Of a stretch of 64,000 nucleotides of DNA, positions 38,853-53,377 are shown piece by piece. The translations under genes and the position numbers were made by a program. Position 1 is the first letter of the stretch; each line of letters starts with the position of its first letter. The notes under the pieces were generated by a model. It was not told the origin of the DNA, did not search any database, and saw only the letters and a program-made list of their open reading frames with translations. The stretch spans positions 2,108,001-2,172,000 of the forward strand of contig JBLDXI010000033.1 in the NCBI GenBank assembly GCA_047495785.1. The letters are read 5' to 3'. The stretch is from Lepidodermella squamata (taxonomy: Eukaryota > Animalia > Gastrotricha).

Positions 38853-40606
38853 ATGATTTTTTTAAATCGTCGGAACGAGATATCGCTTCTCGTTGGATTT
38901 TTCGCTGGTTTCTTTCTATGCTACCTGCTCCTTCGGTTCACCGGATCGCGGAGTGATTACGACCACCTTGGCTACCTCGACCTTGCTCCACCAGATAGCG
39001 TTCAAAAGCGACTAAATGCAGCGCACGATAACCATGATGGTCACGACCATAAGTCGATGAATTGGAGCGATGCCCATCAGCATGATCATGGTGAGTCATT
39101 GTCGAACATTTAGGGAGAACTATCAATTGATATTGAGGCTTTTGCACCGTGAAAGATGGAAATGTCAGAAGGTGAAATTCCAAAGCATTGCTGATGCCTA
39201 TTCTTATGTTAACTGAGCGTTCATGTTTTCAGGCTGAGATTTGAAGCGCTATAATAGTGTTCATAGTGTAGAATTGAATGTCTTTGATTGAAAAATATAC
39301 TTGGATTAATATAATGATATTTTTGCAGAGGACAATGGTGTCGCCGACATAATGGCAAATTCTATACGAGTATTATGTTTGGTTCTTACAACTCAAAAAT
39401 ACCACGCCACTCGTGCGATTCACGTGAAGAAAACCTGGGGCAAGCGGTGTACGAAACTCATATTCGCCAGCGATGCTGACGATCCCGATCTCGGAGCTGT
39501 AGCTATAGCTAAACAGTCTAGCTACGATACCGTGTGGGGCAAAATTAAGGCGGTTTTCAAGTACGCCCATGCTCATCATTTGAACGACTTCGACTGGTTT
39601 TTGAAATGCGACGATGACACTTATGTGATAATGGAGAATTTCCGACTAGCTCTAAGCGGGTATTCTCCTGAAGAGCCGCTGCTGATGGGTAGACGCTTCA
39701 AGCCATTTACGCCTCAGGGTTACATGAGCGGCGGCGCAGGTTAGATTAAACTAGAAATTGTCCGCTTTTATTCAAGGTTTATTTAAACAGGATACGTATT
39801 GTCTCGCAAAGCTGTCGAGAAATTAGTCACCGAGGCCATGCGGACACCTCGCGTGTGCAAAATGAACGACGATACCGGTGCCGAGGATGCTGAGATGGGG
39901 AAATGTTTATACGGCGTTGGTGTGACCGTAGCTGACAGCCGGTAAGAAACCGCATTTATCATCGTGTCCCCTTTGTTATAATTCGCGCTATGTTTTCCTC
40001 AGGGATTCTGAAGGCCGGCAACGCTTCTTTCCTTTCACACCAGAGAGCCATCTAACAGAAAATTACTGTAAGTTGTCTTTGCTTTAGTAGGTTATATCGC
40101 AAACCACAAATTCTTTCAGATTCGGGACATTGGATTTGGTCCTATGATTATTATCCACTTCAATTGGGTCCTGCCAGTTGCAGTGATACTGCTGCCACAT
40201 TCCATTATGTCACTCCTAACGAAATGTATACTCTTGAATGTAAGTGACCAATTTGAATTAAAATTACGCACAATTTTATTTTTTGCCGCCTTAATTGGTT
40301 TTATTCGGTTGCGCATTTCTAATTATTAGTAAAAAAAATTGTAACGATTTTTTATTTTTTTCAGATACGATCTATCATTTGAAGCCTTTTGGCGTCTCCA
40401 TATCTCACAATGCTGACGAAGTCAAGAAAGCACTTGAGAAAAATGGCTATAAAATTGACGCCAAGTCGGATTCTACACCAGTTCATGCTGTGAAGTGGCC
40501 CGCGCCCAACGAAGTAACGGAGGCTAAGCCTAAAGCGCCAGAAGCAGTCAAAATTTCGGCTGAGCAGGACGGAGTCAAGTCAGCTGAGAAGAAACCGAAA
40601 AATTGA
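38853..40606 (+). CDS. C1GALT1: Core 1 beta-1,3-galactosyltransferase (GT31)
   Basis: Type II TM anchor, [33 protein letters not shown] and [10 protein letters not shown]. Multi-exon. Confidence 0.9.
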
Positions 40607-41374
40607 AGTCATCAGTTAACGAAGCAATCAAGTCTAACACAATCAATCAACAACGGAAGTGAAATCTAGTGAGTGCTGCACCCTCAAAGCCAATGAAGAT
40701 TCTTCAAGCCAAAAATAGATTTTGAGAATTGTCACCAGCACAACGTTTGTCATAATCAGCGATGTCACAATCTTATGTGCCTGAGATGTTTCTTGCTTTT
40801 TGAATAACTTCTAATCTTTTCGTCTCAACTTGCTGCCTTAAAATATTATGGAAACTTGGTTTTACCACCAGTCTTATCGCCAGCCAATCTATCGTTTGTA
40901 TTCTCCTGAGATACCAAGGGGGTGTCTTTTATTTTCAGGTATTTTTTTACGATAATTTTGAAATGGGACTAAGAATAGTAAGCCTGGCATTGGATTTCTC
41001 TCTTGACTGCGGTTGTTAATGAAAATTGCGATGTTAGTCTGACATAAATAGAGTAGCTCGCAGTTTTCACGGCTCTGCTCATTATGTTGCGTACCACTTC
41101 GATGTTCATATTTATTATTGTTACCAAAAAGCATAAATTATACGAATATTATATATGCGCATCTGTCTTGTCGAATACTGTGTGGCGGAAGGTGATTTTT
41201 CTCTCAGCTTTGGGTCAACTTTTGATGACACGTGATGGTTTCAAACCCTCTGTTGAGTTTCTTCTTTTTTTCAAAAAAAACCGATAATGATGAAAATATA
41301 CGAACGTGTTTAATCCGGAATTTTTATTTTTTTTAGTCAGGCTTATTTAGTCAATTACCAAGCTCATATAAAAT

Positions 41375-42097
41375 ATGTCTGGTAACCCTGTTGTTGAATT
41401 CGGCATTCCGGCCATCTTTGGCGGATCTATCGTTCTCGGTCTTTTGCTGCTCCGCATCTGCGGTGGCAAGCGCTTGTCGCTGTCCGACTACTTCTTCGGA
41501 GTTTGGAGCGTCTTCGCCTTCACTTGCCACACCGTTTTCGACACGTACTTCCTGTGCAACCAACGCCTGACCCGCAAAGGCGAGAACGAAGCTGTCCCGA
41601 AGCCTGACGACTACGTCGGTAGCTACAAGTTCGCTGTTCGCAAGCTGTGGCGCGACTTCGCAGATGTTGACACCCGCTTCTACCAGGATGAGTACCAAGC
41701 TGTCTTCCTGACTTTCATCCACTCTTGCGCGATCGCTGGCTCAGTCTTGACCTTCCTCACCTTCTTCGGTTAGTTTTTAGATAATCCACCTTAACTTTTT
41801 AACAATATTTACTTTTCAGGTCTCCTGCGCGGTGGTAAGTGGGCTTATGGCATGCAAATCGCTGCTGCCACCTTCCACATTGCCTCGATCTACTCGTTCA
41901 ACTTCCCCGAGTACCTGACCGGTTTCAAGAACGTCAAGAACATCAACAAGTTCTACGCCTTCAATGCGCCTTTCATTGTCGTCCCGGCTCTTGCTATCCT
42001 GTCCGGTCTCGCCAAGCTGTGCTGCAGCTCGGCTGGTACTTGCCCGGTCTCATCGACTGCTCAAGCTGCTGACCACAACAAGAAGAAGAAGCAGTAA
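41375..42097 (+). CDS. EBP/EBPL-like EXPERA membrane protein
   Basis: W....H..FD, LWRDF..D.RF and FNAPFIVVP, with a C-terminal dilysine ER-retrieval motif (KKKKQ). One intron. Confidence 0.7.
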
Positions 42098-42512
42098 AAA
42101 AACCCACCTCAATTGCGAAACAATGAGTGAGAGTGAGAGAGGAATTTGAGTGAAAATGAACTGTAATTTAAGAATACTGCCTGGTGTGGTAGTTTTTTGT
42201 GGTTGTAGCAATAATAATAATATAATTATGGAAAAACCGGTTTTGGTATTCAATTTGACGAAATTCTTGTCTGTAACGTCTAACGTAACTAAAAATTCAG
42301 ATTTGTTTTTGGGGTTGTGTGCAAGTCATCTATTATCATTCAAGTTAGAAACATGTTTTCGGGTGCCTTTGCCCTGTGCTTTAAGACGGAATATATATTT
42401 AGATCTTTCCTTGATCTGTGGTATTTTCGGAAAACATTAAAACCAAAGATATGAAATAATTGTCGTCTTTTGTTGCCCATTGTAGAGAAGATTTATTAAA
42501 AGAATAAACGCA

Positions 42513-45266
42513 ATGGCGGCCTGCAGTGCCATTGACTTGGAGCAGTTCCGTAAAGTCGAGAAAATTATCTGTGATATGAATGTTGCGTCAAAGGTTTGCG
42601 TCCAGCGTTGCCTTTCCGACTCGGCAATTTGGTGTGCCGAGATCATCAAAGATCTGAAATGCGTATCTGGCCAGGACGTTGACTGTCAGCCGGCTGTAAC
42701 ACCCAGCGCATCAACAGGCTCCGCTGCAACATCGAGCAGTTCGTCGCTATCGCTCATCACAACCTCGACCCTTCAGACCAGCGACGATTTGCCTAGTTTT
42801 GAACGAACCCTCTACGATTTAGCTTTCTCCCTCTTTCAACAACAGCAATATCGGCGGGTTCAAGAAGTGCTATCGACGTGCACATCGCCTCTTTGCCGCT
42901 TTTTACGGTTCTACGCCGCCTATTTTCAAACCGATTATCTACGCCTGAGCACGAATCTCCAGCCGATTGGCGGTTCTGGTAGCGATTTAACGGAAGATTA
43001 CGCCGACTCGTTGCGGCAACTTTTACTCGAAATCGAGGACACCATTAAACAATGTTCAGCGTCAGCAGCGGATGGCTTTATTCATTACCTTCACGCGATT
43101 GTCGCAGCTCGTATCGGTTGCGATAAAGAAATCGTTCAGAAGTCAGCCCTCCGAGCTGTCACGCTTTGCCCGGGTATCTGGGCTTTCTGGCAGTTTTTAT
43201 CCACTTTCGTGACAACAGTCGAAGACCTCGATACGATGGAAGTACCGAAACATTGGCTGCTTCCGTTATTCAGGGCTGAGGCGCTGTATCATATGGCCGA
43301 GTATGGTCAGTCGCTCGATCTCTACGAAAGGATGGGTGCCTATCCGATCGGCCATACTAATTACATTCAACTGCGCCTCGCCTTAACTCTCAAAAATCTA
43401 CAGCAAACCGGTCGAGCATTGGCTGTAAGTTGAAATTTGAAATTTTCTAAAATTTTATTTCAAATTTTGTATTTCCTTCAGATAATGAAAGTGCTGTTCG
43501 ATGCTGATCCTTATCGCCTGGATATCGTCGAGGTTTTTTCTGACCTGTTGTACATTGACCAGGATAAGAACGGCCTAGCCCATTTATCGCATCACCTGGT
43601 CAAGTTCGCGCCACGTCGCCCTGAAACTTTCTACGTCATCGGCAACTACTACAGCCGGCGGGGTGAACACGAACGCGCTGCTGAGTACCTGTGGCGAGCC
43701 GCCCAGCTACAACCATGGCGTGCGTTGCCTCTTGTTTTGCTCGGTCATGAGTACCTTGAACTTCACAATACGAACGCCGCTGCACGTGCCTATCGGCGAG
43801 CGGCTGATCTCGACCCAACCGATTTTAGGTCTTTCATTGCTCTTGGTAAGCCGTTTTTTTATTTTTTTTGCTTGAAATTCGGAATAGAATATTTTAAATA
43901 TTTGAAATGATTGTGTAAATATTCGTGAATAGGAGAACAATTTTGGGGCAGAAAATTTGATTCGATCAAATTCTCAATCGACTTTTAAAGTGTTGTACTT
44001 ACCGTCTAACGATATACAGTGTGGTCTGATACTAGTGCAGGGGGCGAAGGTCATTCAGCTTTTTAATCAGGAGCTTGGAAAAATTGAAGAGTTTCATCAA
44101 TTGCGACGTCGATCTTTTCAATGGAAAAGCAACTCTTGAAATTCTTCAATTTTTCCAAGCTCCTGATTAAAAAGCTGAATGAACTTCGCCCCCTGCACTA
44201 GTATCAGACCCCACTGTATTGCCATCTGACGGATGAAATCTCAAAGCACGCTCGTCGTTCGTCGTTGTTGTCCCAAGTTACCATTTTGCCCTACAATGAA
44301 TTAGTGTATAAAATGAGACCCGCCAAGCGGCCATATCTCTATCTGCAATCTGCAGTCATTAGAAAATGGGGTGTTGTGTAATCATGATTATGCGTCAGCT
44401 GTTGCCTTATCAAATGGTTAGTTAGGGCCGAAACCGCTTGACGGGTCTCAAATGTCCAAAATCTAGGAATAATGAATATGTGAGAATTTGGGGCAGAAAT
44501 ATTTTTTAAATTTTGAATTTTTAAATTTGAATTCAAAATTGAATTCAATTTTCAATTTGAGAAATATGTTGAGGAAAAATAATAATTTTCAAGTTCAACT
44601 CTTATGCTGGCTAAGCTAAACTATGTTTGTCCCCTTTTAGGTCAATTGCACAAAATTCTCAATCAGCGACAGCTTTCGGTGTACTATTTGCTACGAGCCG
44701 CGCGGCTACAGCCAGGCGATAACCGGCTATGGATGTTACTCGCTGAAACCTACGAAGATCTCGACGATATTGATAGCGCGATTCGCGCATACTGGCGGGC
44801 GGTCCTCGTCGGCGACAGTGCCGGTCTCGCCATCTACAAACTCGGCAGTTTGTACGAGAAGAAGGGCGACCAAAACGGTGCCTCGAGCGCCTACATGAAA
44901 TTCCTGGAAATTTGTGACGAATTCCAACTGACCCAGCCAGATAAACAGTACTACGCTTGCGTCTACGTTGCCCGCTTCATGCTATACACTCGGAATTTCC
45001 AAGTTGTAAAACAAATGTTGGCGAAAGCCGTCGAGCTGAATTTGTACAACGAAGAGCTGCGCAGTTTGGAGCAAATGGCTGCAAATGGCGAGCAACTATC
45101 CAGTGCCGCCCTATCAAACCCGATCGGACCGTGCAAAAGCGGACAGAATGTTCAAATTTACGTTAGCAACGCGTCTGATCTGCAGGCTGGCGACGATACA
45201 TGTAACAACCCGAACGACAGCACGGCAGCCGGTGATCAGAGCAGTGTCGAGATGGAGGACGCTTGA
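42513..45266 (+). CDS. CDC23: APC/C subunit CDC23 (APC8)
   Basis: C.QRCL..SA.WCAE, DPYRLD, RPET..VIGNYYS, LLGHEY.E..NT.AA..YRRA and TPR repeats. Exons 42513-43424, 43483-43845 and 44641-45266. Confidence 0.9.
44017..44216. mobile_element. Tc1/mariner-type MITE (200 bp, ~80-bp TIRs, TA target duplication) in CDC23 intron 2
   Basis: Ends CAGTG...CACTG flanked by TA at 44015-16 and 44217-18. The arms are near-perfect reverse complements. Confidence 0.85.
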
Positions 45267-45549
45267 ATTGGGCTTTCGCATTTCAAAATTGCCAATACTT
45301 CCGGTCATAATTAATTACCTAGTTATTGAGTTGTGCTGGTTTTTTAGCGCTTTCTCCGCGCATTTTGACACCTGACTAACATCTCTCATTAACGCTTATT
45401 CGACTTTTCGACACCAATAAAAAATAACTGTTTTCAACATTACGTCGATTTTTTGTTCCATTTTATCCGTTTTTTTATCGCGAGATAAGATAACGCTCAA
45501 GCCTCGAGTATAACAAACTCTTTATGTTTGCTGAAATCAGAGTTGAAAC

Positions 45550-47377
45550 ATGGCTGCTGTTCTAATTATTGCCTTTGTTTTGTGTTTGATATTTTTCTTG
45601 CTTGAACGCCATGCCCATCGATATCGAAAAATATTCGACGGTAGTGGAATTCCTGTTTTGAAGCCATGGCCATTTATCGGCAGTTGGGATCATCACATGA
45701 AAAGCGTTAGTCCCAGTATTATCAATTTTACACTAAGACTAACATGATAATTTAAGGTGAACCTACAAGACTCGGACCTGAAATTGGTGCGAAAGCATGG
45801 CCGATTTTTCGGGCTTTTCGAGGGTCGGTCTCCGGTTATACAATGCTCAGACCCGCAATTGCTCCGCCAAATCATGATGACCAATTTCGAGCATTTCTCC
45901 GATCGACGCGTTTTCCTAACCCTGAAAGCTAACGTTATCACGACTGTCATTGTGTTCCTTCAGGGTGCTCGTTGGAAGCACATTCGGCAGACGATAACCC
46001 CAGGTTAAATACCTAATAAGCCCGCATTGCAACTTGTATAAAGATTTTTCTTAGCATTTTCTCCTGCTAACATTCGTAAAATGTCGCCCTTCATCGTGCG
46101 ATCTGGCAAACAACTCGTGGCTAACATAAAATCTCGAGTTGAGCGAAACGAACCCGAGTTCGACATGCTACAGTTAGTCGCCCTTCAAATCGTAAATGAG
46201 AATTTTCATTAAAAAGATTTTTTCAGATGCTCAACTTGTTTTACCATCGATGTCATCGCGTAAATCTTGATGATCTTATTTGAAACTACCCTAAGCGTTG
46301 ATTTTCATAGAGCGATTATTTTCGGCATGGATATGGACAGTTTTCATAATCCTGATTCTGACTTTGTCAAGAACGCCAAAAGTTTCTTCGAAAACGTCGA
46401 CCCGACTAACCCCATCGCTGTGGTTGGAAGTTAGAAATAACAGAAAAATTCCTCCTTAATTTTAATAAAATTTTGCGAAATTTTTAGTTTGTTTTCCAGC
46501 GGTATTGGAAGCAGTGCTGCAGATTTATCCATCGATTTCAAGCACTGTTAGACGCGGCCATCATTTCACCAGATTGATCGATAACGAAATTAATCGCCGG
46601 CGTTCCGGTGATTACGTGCGAAGGAATGATTTCCTAGACATGCTCATGCAATTCGAAGCTGACCCGAGTACGGTCAAGCCAGAGGACATTCAGCATGATC
46701 AGAACGGCGAAATTTGGTACAAACACGGCCTGACCCGTCTTGAAGTCATTTCGCAAGCTCTCGCTATTTTAATCGCCGGCTACGAGACAACCCTCGAATC
46801 GCTGGCATTTTTCTGCTTCGCAATGGCTCAGCATCCAGAGTGTCAAGAACGTCTGGCTAAGGAAGTCGGTGATTTTATGAAAGCTCACGAAAATGACGAT
46901 CCTGAACAATTGACGGAAGGCGTGAAACAACTCGAGTATCTGGAGATGTGCATCAGCGAGTCTTTGCGTTATTACGCCCCGATTTTACGAACCGATCGAC
47001 TGTGCAAAAATGACATTGAACTGAGCGGGTTTTCTTTCAAAAAAGATATGATTGTCAACATTCCCATCGGCGCGCTTCATTTCGACAAGGAGTCGTGGCC
47101 TGGCCATGAAGACCTTGATAGCTTCAACCCGGATCGATTCGCCCCGGAACGGCGAGATTCTATCCCGCAGTTTGGTTACATGCCTTTCGGGCTTGGAAAT
47201 CGCATGTGCATCGGCTTGAGATTGGCAACGCTTGAGTTGAAAACAGCAGCCGCGTATTTATTCCACAATTTCCGGTTCACTGTGTCGCCGAAGCAGAAAA
47301 TTCCGATTCCAGTGCTTAATTCGGGCTTCAGACAGCCGAAAGAAGGGGTTAGACTTGTGGCAGAGTTAAGAAATTGA
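45550..47377 (+). CDS. Cytochrome P450, clan-3-like (copy A)
   Basis: N-terminal TM helix, AGYETT, ESLR, FNPDRF and PFGLGNRMCIG. More introns than its neighbours. Confidence 0.93.
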
Positions 47378-47550
47378 AAATTTAGGTTTAAAACATGCAA
47401 CTTCTAATTTAAACTTTGCTTATTGTGATTTTGATTTTAGTTGTTAATTATTTTGCTTGCTTATCTTTTATTTTATGTCATCATCTTCTATGAAATAGTA
47501 AAATTTTAACATTTCTCTGCTGTTTTTTTTACTGAATTTGCATTAATAGA

Positions 47551-49201
47551 ATGTTTCTACTAATAATTGGCCCGGTTTTGGGCCTGGTGACCACATTTGC
47601 TATTTACACTCATTGGCATTGGCGTTGCTTCCGCAAAATGAGAATCCCGACCCCGCCTCTGAAGCCATTTGTTGGCGTCATTCCATTTTACTTCAAATCT
47701 CAGGTAGTTGCTTTGACCCTGAAAATTCAGCCGCATAACACGAATTATGCTTTTTTAAGACTCTGGGTCATGCGGATGCTATGTTTCTCAGCAAATATGG
47801 TGCTCACGACGGCAAGGTGGTCGGTCTGTACGAAGGTCGAATGCCTATTTTAATAGTCGCCGATGAAGAAATGATTCGTCAAGTCATTCAAAAACGACAG
47901 TCTGATTTCCATGAACGTAAACAGCTCTTCAATATCATGCCTGGCCTCATGGGGCAAACTCTGATGAGCTTAACCGGCCAACGATGGAAGCAAGTCCGAT
48001 CCATGATGTCGCCGGGTTTCACCGCAGCCAATATGAAACGCATGGCCCGGTTCATTGAACAAGCGTCCTTGAATATGGTCGAAAATATCCAAGAAGGCGT
48101 GCAAGATGTTAGGAAAATGTCGCGTCAGTTCGCCTTGAGAACCATCGCCTCCATCGGTTTTGGCATCGATTTCGCCGCAAGTCCCCCGGAAATTGAGCGC
48201 CGTGTTACTAAAGACGTTGAAGATATTTTTGCGTTTTTCAATCGACCGGAAGCTATGCCGCTTTTTATCATTCCTCACGTGGCCAAGTACGTTTGGCGAT
48301 TTTTGCATACCCTCGGTTACCGGAACAGCCTCACGGCTGGATGTGACGATCTTGCCCTTCTTATCAAGTCTGAGATTGACCGGCGTGAGAAAGCTAATGT
48401 ATCAAGAGCCGATTTTCTTCAAGCGTTCATAGCTGTAAAAGCCACGGAAAGCAATCCTGATGGTAAAAAAATGTGATTTTTTCCGATTTTTTAATCAATT
48501 TTCATAATTTAGGATTGTCGCGAGACGAGATTTTTGCCCAATGCATTCAAATATTGCTCGCTGGTTACGATACAACAGCGACTTCATTGACGTTTTTCTT
48601 GGTCGAGATGGCGATAAATAGTGATTGCCAGCAAAAATTACGGGATGAAATTAAAGGCGCAGGCCTTTCCGGTAGCGCCGAGGTAACCTGGGACGCCCAG
48701 GCCAACCTGCCCTACCTGGAAATGTGCCTCAGCGAAACACTACGAATTCACCCGCCTGGGCCGAGGGTCGATCGCGTTTGCACTGTAGAAGAGGGCACAG
48801 TATTGAGCGGAATTACTATTCCCAATGGCTTCGACATCGGAATACCAGTCGGGGCTTTGCATATGATGCCGGAGTATTGGCCCGAACCTGAACGCTTCGA
48901 CCCAACGAGATTCGCTGACGGCGTTCCGGATCGATGCGCTCTGGCGTATTTCCCGTTCGGATTCGGTGCTAGAAATTGCATTGGAGAACGCCTGGCTAGG
49001 GTTGAACTGAGAATGGCTGCAGTTGCTATCTTGAGAAAATACTGGGTTGAGCTGTGCGATACTACAGAGGTAAATCCTCAAGTTTTTGTTAGCCATTGTA
49101 AAAATTTTGCGTTAAAACAGCTCCCGGTGCCAGTTACAAATCTCGGCCTATCGATTCCAAAGAACCCGGTGTATTTACGTTTCGTCAGAAATGAGCTTTG
49201 A
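47551..49201 (+). CDS. Cytochrome P450, clan-3-like (copy B)
   Basis: AGYDTT, ETLR, PERFDP, PFGFGARNCIG. Confidence 0.93.
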
Positions 49202-49323
49202 ACTGAATGACAGAATGACAATTTTTCCAACTTGCCGCGATAATCTTTTGAATACTTCAAATTCAAGCTATGACGACTTGAACTACCTTTTTTCTATGAA
49301 ATTAAATATTTTTTAGAGTGAAA

Positions 49324-51044
49324 ATGATTTTGATAATAGCCGGCGCCGTTACAGCCGGGGCGTTTGCTGCTTTCACCGTTTATTCGCACTGGCATTGGTT
49401 AACTTTTCGGAAACTTCGCATCCCAACACCGCCACTTGCACCTTTTCAAGGAACCATTCCGTTCTACTTCAAATTATTGGTATGTTTCGAACTTTCCTCA
49501 ACTATTCTAGCTGAAAAATTTCGTCGAACAGACAATGGCAGATGCTGATTTGCTATTTTTAAGAAAATATGGCACCTTCGATGGGAAAGCTGTTGGGTTA
49601 TATGACGGCCGTCTGCCAATATTGCTCATCGCCGATGAAGAAATGATCCGTCAAGTTACCCAGAAACGCCAGTCCGACTTTTACGAACGGCGCCGGTTTT
49701 TCGACCAGATTCCTGGCCCATTGCAGCTGATGCTGTTGAATTTAACGGGAAATCACTGGAAACACGTTCGGCAGACAATGACGCCCATGTTCACGGCGGC
49801 GAGTTTGAAAAAAATGGTCCGCTACATCGAGCAAACAGCGCTTCACATGGCCAGCAACATCCGAAGTGGCGATGAAGATGTTCGTGAAGTCTGCCGGCGT
49901 TTCACCCTTCGAACCGTGGCTATGGTTGGCTTCGGAATAGATTTTGTCGCCAGTGGGCCAGAGATTGAGAATAGATTCGCTAAAGATGTCGCCGATATGT
50001 TTGCGTTTTTCGACTCTCCGGCTGCTATTCCGATTCGTAAGTCCCATTATCCTATACCATCCTTTTATAATTATTTAAATTGATTATAGTCGTCATTCCT
50101 CACGTTGCTACCGTCGTAATGCGGTTTCTTCATTTCCTCGGATATCGAAATGGCATGACGGCTGGTGTTGATGACCTGGTTATTCTCGTCAATACAGAAA
50201 TCGAGCGACGAGCTCGGGAAAATGTAACTCGGGATGACTTCCTACAAGCGCTGCTTTCTTTGGAAAATAACTCTGATATCGATCAACAAAGTAAAATGAA
50301 ACTAATTTTTTTGTTTTAAATTTATTTTGTTATGTTATTCAGACCGCAGCGGCCTTACTAGGGACGAAATTGTTGCCCAATGCATTCAAATTTTACTGGC
50401 AGGCTACGACACAACGGCAACCACATTGATCTTCCTGTTGGTCGAAATGGCCGCTAACCCTGATTGCCAACAGAAATTACGAAGTGAGCTGGCGGACGCT
50501 CAGCTGGGCGGTGATGCTGAAATTTCGTGGGAGAAACAAGCCGATTTGCCGTATCTCGATCAGGTTCTCATGGAGGTTCTGCGACTTCACCCGCCGCTGC
50601 CACGAACTGATCGAGAATGCACCGTGCCGGAAGGGACGACGCTTTGCGGCATCCAAATCCCGCACAACCTCGATGTTGCAATTCCAGCAGGCGCCTTGCA
50701 AAAGATGCCTGAATTCTGGACAGACCCAGAAAAGTTCGACCCGTCGCGTTTCGCCGAAGGAGTTCCTCCAACGGCTATGCTAGCATATTTCCCTTTTGGT
50801 TTCGGCGCGCGGAATTGCATTGGCGAAAAGCTGGCAAAGGTTGAACTTCGAATCGCAGCGATTGCGATTTTCCGCAAATTTCGCGTTGAGTTGAGCTCGA
50901 AAACTAAGGTTATCATGGCCATTTTTAGTAGTTTTCAAAGTTTGTAATGTTTCTTTCGAATAGTTACCGGTACCTGTGACCAAATATGGACTGGCGAATC
51001 CGACCGAACCTGTTTTTCTTAGAATGGTGTTGGATCAATTGTGA
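49324..51044 (+). CDS. Cytochrome P450, clan-3-like (copy C)
   Basis: AGYDTT, EVLR, PEKFDP, PFGFGARNCIG. Confidence 0.93.
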
Positions 51045-51325
51045 ACTGTCTCAAAAGTTCCTGAAACTCCATTCCATTCTATTGGCCTAATGATCGAATT
51101 CAATCTCTATAAATTGGACATGTCTTAATCAGGACACCTAATTTGAAAAATGTCCTTTATTGAGGACATTTTGGTGCGTAATCTTAATAGAATGGACAAT
51201 CTCGACTTCATATTTCTGAGTAGCTTTTCAAATTTATTGATTTTTTACTTGGCAATGATTTTGAAATTAATGGCCATTTTGACTTTTATCAGTGACTTTT
51301 CTTAGAGTATTAACTTTTCACTCTC

Positions 51326-53075
51326 ATGATACCAATTATCTTGGCTGGCTGCGCCGGCATTTTGGCAGCTGTAACCATTTACGTTCACTGGAACCGAGGT
51401 AAGACAATACTATATTCTGATTTGAGTATATTTACGTTGAATTGATAATTTTAGGAATATTCCGTAAGATGGGTGTCCCAACAGCATCTACCTATCCATT
51501 CCTAGGGGCATTTTACACATATTTTAAACTCCCGGTAAATGCTCATTGCTGAGATAAAAGCTCGTCTATTTTAATTACACCCTCTGTGTTTGTAGAGTGT
51601 TTTCGATGGAGATATGTACCACTTGAAGAATTTCGGGGCAGACAATGGCAAAATTGTCGGAATTTTCGACGGACGCCTACCTGTACTACTCATACGCGAT
51701 GCTGAGCTGATTCGGACAGTGGTTCAAAGGCAATCGGCTGATTTCTACGACCGTCAGACCTACCTCGACGAAGATCCTAGTTTACTTCACCTGTCCCTCA
51801 TAAATTTACGTGGCGCCCATTGGAAACATGTTCGCCAGGTGTTGACCCCAACTTTCACCCCGGCAAATCTACGAAAAATGGCGCCTTTAGTTGCGGAATG
51901 TGCCGTTGGCTTGGCCGATGATTTGCGGCTACCCAGCAAAGGTGATGCAGTCGATTTTCGGGAGGTTGTCGGTCGATTCACCCTGCGAGCCATCGCTTCA
52001 ATTGCATTTGGTATTGACTTGAAGAAGAGCGGCTTGGAAAAAAGTTTCCAAGCCACCGCTACCGAGTTGTTCGGCTATTTCGACTCCTCAATCGCCCTTA
52101 TAATATTTATCATGCCTCATATTGCCAATGTGGTGATCAAATCGCTTGATCTTATCGGTATCAAAACCCCGGTGACGAAATGTGTCGATAAGTTGGTGAA
52201 ATTCGTCTCTGATGAGATCGATCGCAGGCGACGGGAGAATGTTACTCGTGAAGATTTCTTGCAGCAGATGATGGCTCTTGAAGAACGTGAGACGACTAAC
52301 TCACAGGCCGGTGACTATTCAAGTAAGTAGCTGAGATATAGCCATTTTTCTCTCAAATTTTGGGACATTTTGCAGAAAGGACAGGTTTAACGAGGGATGA
52401 AATGTATGCGCAATGTGTTTTATTTCTGATCGCCGCCTATGAGACAACTGCATCCACCTTGACATTTTTCTGTATTGCCATGGCCCAGAATCCGCATTGC
52501 CAAGAAAAATTGCGAGATGAGCTGGCTAAATCTGACCTGGCGGGTGATGCTGAGATTTCGGCAGAAAAAGCCGCCGCAAGTCTCAAGTACATGGAAATGT
52601 GCCTGCTCGAATCTATGCGCGTGTATCCAGCGCTTTTTCGAACTGACCGTGTTTGTACTGTTAAGGAGGGCGCTAACCTTGGTGGTTATCACATACCCTA
52701 TGGGCTGAATGTCGGCATTCCCATCCAGGCCATGCATAGCTCGCCTGAATTTTGGCCGGATCCTGATGTTTTCGACCCGGAGCGGTTCATCGACGGAGTT
52801 CCTGCGTCATCCGCCTTCGCCTACCTGCCGTTCGGGGCCGGTCCTCACAATTGCATCGGCGAGCGATTAGCCAAGTTGGAACTTCGAGCGGCGATTGTTG
52901 CAATTTTTCGGAGATATCGCGTCGAAATTTCAGAGCATACCCGCGTGAGTTTTCGTTTTATTTGTTAGAAAAATTTCGCATTTATGGCATTCTTATCTAG
53001 CTACCCGTGAAACTTTCGTCCACTGGACTGCGAACCCCTGTCGAGCCGGTGTATTTGCGATTCGTAGAGGACTGA
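51326..53075 (+). CDS. Cytochrome P450, clan-3-like (copy D)
   Basis: AAYETT, ESMR, FDPERF, PFGAGPHNCIG. Confidence 0.93.
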
Positions 53076-53377
53076 TGTGACAATTTTTTTATGTTTACCT
53101 AGCTTAATCGATACACTACAAGTCTCGTGCGTGCCATATTAATACTAGGATAATATATTTTTTTTACTCTCAGGATTGTGATAAAGCAAAAAATGTGTTA
53201 TAGTTCTATATTAGCCTTAAGCTTTTTCTAAAAAAAACTGGAAGGTGTTATATCTTTTAGATTCTTTTCCAAATTCAGTATTTCGGTCTCTTCGGCAACT
53301 TTTTCATTTAAAATTAATTTTCTGATTGCTAACAAATTTATTATTCATTTTTAGGCGTAAATATGTGAAATTATCGG

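Noticed and set aside
51095-51210. GGACA repeats and an AATGTCCT/AGGACATT hairpin between CYP C and D
   Set aside because: Possibly a decayed pogo-like MITE end, but no paired TIR or target duplication could be defined.
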